From Camelus dromedarius (lineage: Eukaryota), in the NCBI RefSeq assembly GCF_036321535.1, contig NC_087436.1, positions 60,142,001-60,206,000 of the forward strand: DNA of 64,000 nt, read 5' to 3'. The notes beneath the pieces are model-generated. The model ran no database searches. It was not told the DNA's origin and saw only the letters and a program-made list of their open reading frames with translations. The first letter of the stretch is position 1, and the number at the start of each line of letters is the position of its first letter. Position numbers and translations under genes: made by a program. This document shows, in pieces, positions 38,864-50,465 of this stretch.

Positions 38864-41059
38864 ATAAGGGTTTAAGTTTTAGACCTAAGGTCTAAACTAC
38901 TTAAGTGAAAAATTGATACCACAATTTGCTATTTTCAAAATAATGATTTCTTTCTTTAAAGTACATAAAATGGCACAAAGATAATACTGTTTTCTAAAAA
39001 TCAATTCCCGACTATATAAATTTAATTTAAAAACTATCCTCAATACTTCAAAAAGCCAAACTGTATCACAATTAATATTACCAAATAACTAAATTAGCAT
39101 TATTTACACAGCTATTGATTTCTCCATAAAAAAGAGAAAGGAATGAGAGAAAAATAAAAATCAAGATGATACTAAAATATGCATTTCTGTATCTGTGGTA
39201 GGAGGGTACCTCTAAATTGCTTCTGATCAGTTACACTTTTTTGAAACAATACACGTATCTGTAATGATCAGGACCAGATCTAGCTGGTTCTTACAGATAG
39301 TCTTGGCAAACTGTCGGTCACCTGGTAAATTAAAGTGATTCATCAATGTCATTGCTGTTGTAAATACACAAGATTGGCTAGCTAAGATGGATACAAAGTA
39401 CAGAAAAGGTACCAGCTGTGTTGGATGCTTGAATTTTTTTTTAGACAGGATATACACTTCATATATGCTGAAGCCTATCAAACCTGATTTGTTTTGTTAT
39501 GTTGTCAGAAATCCTTTTTATTAAAATCTTTCAAAGAACAATAGCTAAAGTCACTGAAAAAAAAATAGCACATTAAATATCCTTAATAGCTATCTACATT
39601 TTCTTCCTAAATTAAGAGTAAATTAATAAAAAATGTAAACAGATATTCACGTGCAGGGGAAAAATGACAAAGCTGACAAAGTCAAAAAAGGAAGGAGAGA
39701 TCGTGGGAAAATAAGCATCAGAGAAGGTCAGACTTTCATTATTATAATTTTTTTTAATGTAAGAGCTAAAGTGATAAAATCAAATATTTTGAATTACCCG
39801 GTTTTAGAAATCTCCAAAGAAATAATGGTATCATAGAAATATTTAATAACATTTTCCTTATTTATTCATCATTATTACACTGATTTCCCAGAGATCCATT
39901 CCCTCATTCCTAATTTATAGAAGCAATTTGAAGACCCAGATGTCCAGTGCTTTATTCAATAACTATTTATTTGAGCATGGGGTATTTCTAAAGTGTTGTT
40001 TTAGACACAAAAGTGGCACTAAAACAAGTCCCATAACAATCCTTGCCCACAAATAATTATGTTTCTCAATAACTAAAACTGAAGAACATTCCATATGCCA
40101 TATATAAGTATTAGAATCTGAAAAATCTTTTATTTCCAGTGAATAATAGTAAGGCATGATTTTTAATCAAAATGAATTTAAACTCACAAATATATTTGGG
40201 ACTGTAGTTCAGATAAATGATCTAGACTGAGGATGTAGGTTTGAAGACATGTACATACATATAATAGTTGGAATGATAAGAATAGATTGTATATAAAGTA
40301 TGATTGTCTCAAGATAAATATTTAAGGAATACCAGACGTCTACAACTGGATATTCACTCTAAAAAAATAACTTAATAAAGAATTAATCAATTCCTTCCAA
40401 ACTTACTCCTTTTTCGAAATGTCCAAACATCAGGCTTTTAAGGCCCAAAATACAGGAATTAGCCATGACATTTTCCTCCTTCTCACCAACTCTCAACAGT
40501 CAATGCATCTTACAGATTTTTCCTCCTAAACAGTTCATCCCTAGTTCTATACCTCTAATTCATGTTACCATCATTCTAGCCTACATTATTCAAATAGGTT
40601 TTAGCTTTCTTCTCTCTCTCTGCAGTCTTGTTGACTCTTTTTTTTTTTTTTTTTTGCATTAAAGACAATATTGTCTTCTAAAATGCCAACTTCACTCCTT
40701 TTCCTAGACCCTTCAAAATTTCTTTTGGTCTTCGGCTGAATTTTAAACCTTTTCAGAGGGCATAAAAATGCACTGATTATCAAACTCATATTTCATCAAT
40801 AAAACCCCTAAAAACAGGATGTTCCTTTACTCTTGCAATTTTCTGGTTGAATGATCTCAAAACACTTCCTTTCCCTGAAATCACTTGGGCACTAGACACT
40901 TGATAACAGAAGAGTACAATCTCCAGCTGTAATTAGAAATCCTTCTACTCTTTCCCTATATTATGCCCTAGTTCATTGAAAAACAAATGTGTAACACATT
41001 TGGCATCTGCATCTAGAGAATTGCCTCTGAAATGTAATGCTCAAACAAGTCACCCAACA

Positions 41060-41200
41060 GTGGAGAGGGATGTTTTTAAAAAGCACATTCTGATTCAGCA
41101 GGTTAGGGATGGAGCCTGAGATTCTGCATATCCAACAAGCTTCCAGGTGATACACCTGCTACTAATCTAGGGACACCTCACATTTGAGAAGCAAGGGTCT
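41060..41200. mobile_element. MER5A-like hAT-Charlie
   Basis: attctgattcagcaggttagggatggagcctgagattctgcatatccaacaagcttccaggtgat. Confidence 0.8.
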
Positions 41201-43019
41201 GTGCTATAGAGAAAGTTCAGTTCTTTTCTACCAACTTATTCACATCTCCTCAGGGATAAAGGATACAAATTTTATCCATCAGAATTTTTCACGAGTGAGT
41301 GTAATTCATTAAGTATTCTCCATATGCATACAGAACACACACACACATATCCACTCTCACAGCATAGCCCGTCTTCTGAACCTGCAGCACCCTGATCCTG
41401 GCAGGCTCCCATCTCTGCCCCTGACCTCTTGCCTGCTTCATATTTCCCTGGGACAATGCTCCCATGGGGTGGGAGTGAAGGGAAAGTCTCAAAAATTAAA
41501 TCTGGGACAGGAGTTACAGACTTTCACCTTAACTTCCATGCTTGTGAATTGCACAACTTGAGCCTGACAGGGTATCTTTTTGGATCTGTTTCATCAAAAA
41601 AAGAAGCACATTTTTGAAGAAGCCATGTTTTCCATTGTACCTTTGCCAAAAAGTTCCATATTTGAGACATCACTGGGAAATGCCTGGCCCATTAGTAAAG
41701 AGATACTTTGATCCCCACATGACCAAGAGTGTCCTGTTCCTATTTTCTATCAAATAGAGCACAGGCTGGGTAAAGAGTTTTAGGTTTCCTACCTAACCAC
41801 CTACCCTAACCTAGATCCTATCTTTAAATTTAGTAGCTAGGAAAATCTGATGTATTTTACTATATAAATATATTTCTAAAAGGTGTGTTTGTTATCCAGT
41901 AGACAGAATACTTATTTTTAAAGTGAGCATGCAAAAGTATTGCTGAATATTTTAAAACTGAGCTCAACAGTGGTTTTTTTTTTTTTTTTTGAACTTCAGG
42001 AAAGTCAGCTTATTTTGAAGTGTGTACATGATAGCTGACTCACCCATCATTAAGCTTGCTAATATGCCAAAGATAGGATGTAACTGGTTATATTTCCTGT
42101 AAACAAGTAGGTCAAGAACGTCCTTTTCCCAGTAAGTAGCCTAAGAAATATACACATTAGTGAGAGGACTTTCATTTACTAAACACTCACCCAAGTGAAA
42201 GACACTTTGAAAATGCTTTTAAAAGAAAACATTTTTATAGAGAGCTTCATAAAAAGGGCTGCAATGTAATCTTGTATTGTTAATAATAATGCTTCACTGG
42301 CTGAGTATTACACTTAACCCACTTCTCAGGAACAGTGCACATGCTTCGAAGAATTTTTGTATAACTCCTATCTAATCATTTTTAAATAACCTATTTCTTT
42401 TGATAAAATTCTACTCATCCAGAAGAAATCATGTAAAAAGAAAAATATAGCACTCAGAACATTAATTCATGACACATTTCTTTAAAATTAATGAGCTTTT
42501 AAAGCTAGAGTTCTTACTCATCTTTCTCCCCTTAATAACAAATCTGTCAAAAAGAATTTACATAACTGTGCAATCAAACATAAATTGAAAAACCAAACAG
42601 GAATGCTCTATTAGAAGGAATAAAATCAGAATAAAATGTAACATTCTTAGTAGAATATACTTACTACAATATTCAAAATGCTCTCTAAAAAGTAATGTAA
42701 GAGTCTCAGCAGAAGATAGGGATTCTTTTTAATTTTTCTGAACTTCAGTTTCTTCTTGTATAAAATAAGGGAAATGTTTAAAAGATTACCTCTAAATTCC
42801 GTTATCTCAAAAATCTATATGATAGTTCAAATACCAGAGTTCACTTCACCCAAGACTGAATCAGTAAGAACTCTGATGGTGCCTTTGCTACTTACCAAAT
42901 CCACTGCCTTGTAATGACTTAGCAAGTACTAGGCTAGATTCTGTTAGAAGAAATAAGAAATGCACAATTCATTTATTTTTGTGAACAAATATTCATTGAT
43001 CACTATGCCATTCGATAGA

Positions 43020-44790
43020 TTGTATTTTAGACTCATAGGCTTTAACCTCCAATACGTCCCTGAGTGCTCTCCAGGAATCCTATTAGCCCATCCCACTCCA
43101 ACTCACCTCGATGATCTATTCATACCTTTTCCTCTCCTTTCAAATCTCCAATAATTTCCCCCACATCCTCTCAGATGTTCTTATCACTGAAAACAGAAGC
43201 ATTTGGAAAGAACTTCCCCAGATTCCCAGTCCCACAACTCCAGCCCCCTTGGCCCTATGCCCATGTGGTCTGCCTTCCTTCTCATTAATAAGGATAAACA
43301 CTTCACATGCTTATCCAAGGCAAGTTTCCACATTTGCACAGCATTCCATTCCCCCTCAGCTACTCAGCGGTCTCACTCTAGAAAAAAAATCGTGCTGTTT
43401 CTTAGCCCTACAGTTAATTTTATCTTCTCTTCTGAATTATTCTATCAGATTCTTCCCTGTAAGCATAATGCATTTGGTCACAGAAACAAACAAACACACC
43501 ACAGTCCTTTCATTCCTCCCTCCATCTAGCTACTATCCTATTTTTCTTCTCTTCCTTTATAGCAAAAGAGTTGCACATACTTGCTGGCTCCAATTATGCA
43601 TCTTCCATTTTAAATGTACTCCAATCAGTTTTTTTAATCACCACCATTTCAAGTAAGTAGCTTTTGTCAAAGTAATGAATAATCTCTATATTGCTAAGGC
43701 CTCTGTTAAATTCAGTTTTCACCTTATTTAAGACCTATCAGCAGGCATTTGTCAGACTAGACTAATCCCTTCCTGACTAATCCCTTTCTTTAATTGGCTT
43801 CTGATACAACACATGCTTGGTTCTCCTGCTCCCTCCTTGACTTCTCCTTCCACGTGTACTTGCTAGTTCTTCCTCATCATTTCCACAATCTCTACGTGTA
43901 CACGCTCTTCAGCATTCAGCTCTCGAATCTTTCCTCTTTCTTAGGTACACCTCTTCCCCAGGTGATCTCACCTAGATCCACACTTTAAATGCCAGTTTTA
44001 TACTATGTACTCCCAAGTGTGTATTTCTAACCTGAACCTAGCCTCTGAAATTCAGATTCACGTATTCTATAGCCTACTCGATATTTCAACTTGGATGTCT
44101 AATACACATCTCAATCTTAGCACGTCCCAAAGGAAACACCTGATCTTCCCCAAACACCTGCTCATCTCACAAACCCCCATCTCAGTAACTGGCAATTCCC
44201 TCTGTGCAGTCCAGCCTCTAAACCAGTCATCCACAAGGTCCCTTTCTCTCACACCTCACAATGATCCTCTAGCAATTCAGGATGACCCTACTGCCACCAC
44301 GACCACCCTCATCAAAGCTACCATCTGCATTCTCCTGATTACCCTGCCACTGAGGTACTTTCAGTGCTGAAGCCAGAGTACACCTGTTAAACATGAAGTT
44401 GATCTTCTTTTTAAAAACACCATAACCTTTCTTATATCACACAAAATAAAAGCCAAAGTCCTTCCAAAGACCTTCATAACCTAATTTCCCCCATATACAC
44501 ACTGGGCCTCCTCTCCCAAGAGGCCACCCTGCTCTGGCCTCTCCTCTTCAGTCGACAGGCCAAGCCCTCTCCTGACAGGAGGATTCTGCACTTGATGTTC
44601 TCTGCCAGAAACACTCTTCCCACAAATTTTCCACCCAAAGATCTCTGCTCAGATGTTACCTTTTCAGAAAGACCATCCCTGAACATCTGATATAAAAATG
44701 CACCCATTATTGCATTCCTACTTACCTTCATTCTGCTTTACTTTTCTCCTCAGCACGTATCACTGTCAGACACACTATATATTAACTCTC
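43020..44790 (+). mobile_element. Long L2 fragment (3' ORF2 region)
   Basis: C/T-rich L2 motifs (gcctactcgatatttcaacttggatgtctaatacacatctcaatcttagcacgtcc; tctctgctcagatgttaccttttcagaaagacc). Explains the 181- and 121-aa ORFs. Confidence 0.8.
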
Positions 44791-45796
44791 TTTTGAAGTT
44801 AAGAATACAGTGCTCCCCAATATCATCAATTTGTAGTTAAGTCAGATATGATATATTGCTGGTAAACAACTTTCTAATATGATTAAATATTTAATATAGT
44901 TTATTCAAGGTTGAAATTATTTCTAAAACTTTAAAAAGTCAATCCTCCAGGTGCATTTAACTATATGAGAAAGTCTCTACCCTTTTGAGTGAAATAGCAT
45001 AAAGAAAGCAAATGTGATATAAACAAAATAGAAACTCTAAAGTGCCTTAAAATGGAATTATCAACTTTTAAATATTCAGTAGTAATAAAAATATTTCCAA
45101 TCAAAAGTGTTGTATTATACGCTCAAATGATCAGTTGCACCACATATTTAATCAAACACAATTAATTTGTATATTGACGTATCTGACAACCCAAATACAT
45201 ACAGCTGCTTTTTGAGTAACCTTCAAAACTTGGGCTCTTTATAGTGAATATTTAGGAATTCAAAATGACAATATCTTACGGTAATTTAAAACTCTCTGGA
45301 CTATATATAAGACGCTTTGATTAAAGCTTTACAGACAAATCGAAGAGTCTCTAGAAGAAGGTGCCCAATGTGATGATACATCTTGAAAATTTTTTACTTA
45401 ATGAAAGCAGTATTTGATGAGAACCGTATTCAAATAGCCAAAGGGCTGACATCTGGTTGATGTCTGCACTCCACCAATATAAGTTAGGTAAGTTACTGGA
45501 AGGAGTCTGTCTCATTAAAGAAGTATTGTGTTTTCTCCCACCTCTAAAATTATTTGACTTTTTTTTTTTTTTTTACTCCTTCTATTCTGTCTGTTGACAT
45601 GCTCAAAAGACTTTGGAACTCTTTAAGGATAAGAAAAAGCAAAGACAAAAACAAAACACAATGAACTTCCTTGATTATCTTATTGCTCTCAAGAACTTAT
45701 CAATAAACTTTATAAAAATATATTTCTAATACTATCATCCTTATCTAATATTATTCAATAACTCTAAATCACCCATAGAATGAAATTCAAGTTTCT

Positions 45797-45965
45797 CGTG
45801 GCAGATTACACTTTCCAAAGACGGTTGCAAGAATACTCTCATTCCACCATCTCTTCATCAATGTGATTTTGTCACTCACTTCCTTTGGAAGCAGAGTCAA
45901 CCTGCCCTCTTCCTGAATTGGGGCTGGACTTAGTGACTTTCTTGTATTCAACAAAATACAAAGGA
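45797..45965 (+). mobile_element. MLT1 (MaLR) LTR 5' fragment
   Basis: gtggcagattacactttccaaagacgg...tcctgaattggggctggacttagtgactt. Confidence 0.65.
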
Positions 45966-47050
45966 TTTTATGGAGATGTCAAGGTCAACCAGGAGCTCTT
46001 TGAGCAACACCCCCAGATCTCTATTCTTACTCACTTCAAATGTGAGTGTTCCAGTTATGTAATCCTTCTCCTTCCCTTGAATTGCAAGAATGGCACAAGA
46101 CTAACCATGGCTTGGATGAACCAAGAGGCATCAACAATAGAGATACGACTTACAAAAGGTTAAAAACACAGAAGGGATTTGAGAAACCCACAAATTTCTA
46201 GGCTTACTGGACTGAAAGCAGAATTGAAGATCTGCTGATCTTACAACAAATGGAGGTTTCAAATGCTTTTATTCTTTCTAGTAATAGCTTAAAAGAATTC
46301 TTCAAGAAGTTTATTTGTATTCCAGTGATGCACAGAAAAGCTACTAAATTCCTAGCCACTGTTATATTGTTATGCAAAGTAAAATGTCTATGAAACTGGA
46401 CTTTTTTTAAACATTTGGTGGAACATTTGATGGAAATGTAAAATGTTGAATGTGTAAGAATACACACATGACAATTTAAATTAAACAATATATCTTTCCC
46501 ATAAGAGAATATGATTATCATAAAGCTAATTAAGTCATATAACAAAAGCATGACTGTGAAAAATAGAATTATTTTGATAGTAATCAATGACAGAATTAAA
46601 AGTTGAAGTAAAATATTTCAGTTCAAGAATATATTTTTTAAATAATTATATTTTTTTAGCCACTGAATTTATAAAAAGAAAATTTGGAAAAGAGAACTAT
46701 GGCATTGTTAATACATGCATATATGTTTCTCGTTATTTAAGAAAATCATGAAAGATTCTGGAAAGCTTATTAAATAATGTTTACATGAAAACAAATGCTT
46801 GTTTTCACGGTGTCAGTGGGATCTGAATACCAATTCTCTGCTAAATGTTAACTCGTAGTAGGCACCTGAGCTCCACAAAAACAATTTCACTAATTTTACA
46901 ACTTTTACTTTTTGACCATTAACTAAAGCTTAATATAAGTAATGAAATGTTTTAAATAATAATTTTAAATATCTTACACTTATCAAAACTACTGCCTAAC
47001 AAAATCAAACAATCATTGAGTTTTGCCATACGTGTCATTAGAAATGATAG

Positions 47051-47265
47051 CAGGGATAGACTGGGATTTCAAAATTGTAGAATAGATAAACCAGATTATA
47101 CTATATAGCACAGGGAAATATACACAAAACATTATGGTAGCTCAGAGAGAAAAAAATGTGACAATGAGTGTGTATATGTCCATGTATGACTGAAAAATTG
47201 TGCTGAACACTGGAATTTGACACATTGTAAAATGATTATAAATCAATAAAAAATGTTAAAAAAAA
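47051..47265 (+). mobile_element. Young L1 3' end with TSD
   Basis: L1 3'UTR with aataaa and poly(A). Perfect TSD agaaatgatag at 47040-47050 and 47266-47276. Confidence 0.9.
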
Positions 47266-49859
47266 AGAAATGATAGACTACCTCAAACTGCACAGAAAAT
47301 AGTTATTAGCAACGCAGATGAAGACAATTATTTAAACTTTATAATTCAAACTTAAGAAACAACATGCTGAATGCACAGTCAATTTTAAAGCATTAATTTT
47401 TCATTATACTTGCATAGATTTTTCAAAGGTAAGTTCTCTGAAACAACAGCTGATGTTCTTAAAACAATGTAAACAGACAAGACTGAAGCGTAGACCACTT
47501 GCTTGCAGGTGCAGGTCAAAGAATGAAAGGGGAAATGGCTGTTCAATTTCCTTCTTTTTAACAAAAGACCTCTCCCCTACATAGCTGTTTCTTGGGCTAT
47601 TCAAAACAATGCAAACAGAGCATGGATGGGCAAAGAAGAGATTCCCCTGGTTGGCAGTAAGCAGGAAGTCTAATTTTTTAAATTATCTTAAGATTACAGC
47701 ACGGAAAAACAACATGATACTAACAGAGGAAAGCTGCAGCAATTTTAATAATACCAGAGAAACTAACTTGGAAAAAAAATGACAATTAAAAAAAAACAAA
47801 AAAACCCATAGACTGAGATGGTTTTACTCAATCTTAGAGGGCAAAAAAATTAAATTAAATGTGATAGGCCTTTAGAGATCACAGATAAAGATAATTTTTT
47901 TAAGTGATTAAAATAGGATTATACCAAAATTTTAAAATCAACAACAATAGACAAACACAATGAGCTTAATCATTCAGAGAAATTTAGTTTGGAAAGGAAG
48001 TCCTAAGGATTCAATTTGGCCCAAAGTAAAGGAAGACTGAAATTCAAAGTGAAATACCACACACACTGAAAATACTTTATTGTACATTCTATAATTCTTA
48101 AGTATAATTAGGACTGTCTTAGGGTCCCACTGATTAGATTCATAGGAAAGCCAGTATTATAATTTAAGCAAGGTCCTTAGCTAAAAGTTGAGGGGTTTTG
48201 CATCATGGACTCCTCTGATAATCAGAACATAGGCAGTTCAAAGAGGAGCACAGCCAGACATCCACTTCATGCAAGAGAGTCTGGTGTGGTTAGGCTGCTG
48301 TCACTTCTCCTTAACCTAAGTGCTGGATGCTGTGGGTTCTGCTCCTCCATCATCTGCCCTACTCTGCCGCTCACTGCTAAATCTTGGTATCATTTTCCCA
48401 GATGCCTATCTATGCCAGTACTTCAAAGAAGGGTGCTCCAAGGGCAAATCCATGCCCTTGTGCTAGGTTTGGCTCTGGGTGCCCCTCACTTGAGTTCTTA
48501 TGACCAGAACACTTAGTATTTATTCTTTTTTGTATCCACATTGCTATCTGTTTCAGTGGATCAGCCTTTACAGCTTCTTCATACAGTGAAGGGAAATAAT
48601 AAGGAACAGAAGACTGTCCAAACTGTAATGAGCGCCACTGCTTAACACAGGAAGGCCTCTGGGCATCTTCTGGAAGGACAAAATAAGAAGACCGGAAACT
48701 GATATCAGACAAATATTTTCATATATTGTCAATACAGAGCCTAAAACAATACATAAAAAAGAAAAATCAACTGCTTTGTAATAAACAATATTTAAAGCAA
48801 AGTCATGTGGCAAATCATTTTATCCTGTCTCTACAAAAGAATATCTACCTGTGAAATCATAGCTGTTACTGAAGACAAACTGTAAATAAGTATTTTGAGA
48901 GTGTTAATTTTAAAATTAAAAAATAAAATAATGATGAAAAATTTAGAGTCCCCTGTAATATTTTTTTGAAAATCTGTTAAAAACCAGTGGATATTCAAAC
49001 ACAGATTGCAAATATTCCTGGGCCTTTTAAATTACAGAATATGTAATGAGGTACAAGCAAAATACTGTGCCTGTCATTTATCAATTTGCAAGAGTCATTA
49101 GAAATCACATAAGCAGCTGTGGTTTACGAAAAATACATTTCCATAGATGAGGAGATAGGTAGTAATTTCAGTGAATAAATGAATAAATGTCATCGTCTAA
49201 CCAAATGTGACAGATTGGCTATGTAATTAGAAAGACATAATTAAAGTATTCCTAAATTCCGGAAGTAGTGATAAAACACTCTTCATGCACATCTTACATA
49301 GACTGGCTAAAGTAGAAAAATACATTAGGGTAGTGCTCTCAAGTTATATGTTCCACAATCAGACTCCTTAGCCCAGCAAGTTTGGGAAGAGTGGGTTATG
49401 CAAAATTAGAAAGGTTTCTTTACAAGACACTCAGGAAAATTTAGTATTTGTGACTCACCCAGCAGGGTTATCTAGTTGTTGACACTTACTTAAACCGAAA
49501 AATTCTATTTCCTCATAATAACATGAAAAATTACCCTTCGGCTGAATATTCTTTTGGAAATATTTTGTCCAATGTTCTTAGAAAATACAGTAAGAATGAC
49601 CATTATCACACTCCTTAAACTGCATAGTGACCATCCTTATCAGTAACATGAAATATATTACAAACTGGTAATCTGCTCGACAGCTGGAACTCTTATGATC
49701 ATTTCAGTAAGTTATGTTTTAAAATCTAGCAGTCCTTATTGTTAGATATTCTTTCCTTCCAACTACATAAACCCTGCTAAACTTTAAGGACTCAGAACAA
49801 GTTTTACATATTCCTTATATGTCTACACTTGTTTGATCCAAACTTTCTTTGACCATCCC

Positions 49860-50170
49860 TAATGCTAATCTTAACCAACAATTTCCAATACAGTAGCCAC
49901 CAGCCATACATGGCTATTGGCGATTTAAATGTGACTAGTGCAAACTGAGATGTGTTTAAGTGTAAATACATACCGATTTCAAAAATTTAGTAATAAAAAT
50001 GTCTCATTAATAATTTTATATTGATTACACATTGAAATGGTAATATCTCAGATATATTAGGTTAAATAAATGTATTATTACAGATAATTCCACCTGTTTC
50101 TTTTTACTTTTTAATGGCTACTATAAAACTTAAAATTACACATGCGTTTCGCACTATACTTCTATCCAGT
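49860..50170. mobile_element. MER33-like hAT-Charlie
   Basis: tccaatacagtagccaccagccatacatggctattg...aactgagatgtg...aattccacctgtttctttttactttttaatg. Confidence 0.8.
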
Positions 50171-50259
50171 AATAGGCTACCAGTAGTCAGAACAGAAGTG
50201 TGTGCGTGCACGTGTGTGTGTATGTGTCTGTTAAGGTGGGAGTGAAGGGGCAGAGTTAA

Positions 50260-50465
50260 TACTGTAATGAAGAAACAGTGTTGGAATCAGACACCAGGAA
50301 TGTGAACCCTAATTCTTCCACTTGCTGTGCAATATTGAGCAAAGTATTTAAATGAATCCAGGTTTTTTTCCTGATAGAAGCAAATACCAAGGTTGATAAG
50401 CATTAGGAATAATGTACATAAGGAGACTAGCACATCATTTTCAACATAAGGTAATTATTATTACT
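50260..50465 (+). mobile_element. MIR
   Basis: ttggaatcagacaccagg...ccacttgctgtgcaatattgagcaaagtattta. Confidence 0.55.

Noticed and set aside
43111..44370. Longest ORFs in the track (181, 121 and 108 aa)
   Set aside because: They lie within a C/T-rich L2 remnant, where stops are scarce by composition, and give no coherent protein.
45334..45488. Plus-strand segment tttacag...AG|gtaagt
   Set aside because: Stops in all frames examined; it overlaps the minus-strand candidate antisense, and chance splice signals are common in AT-rich DNA.
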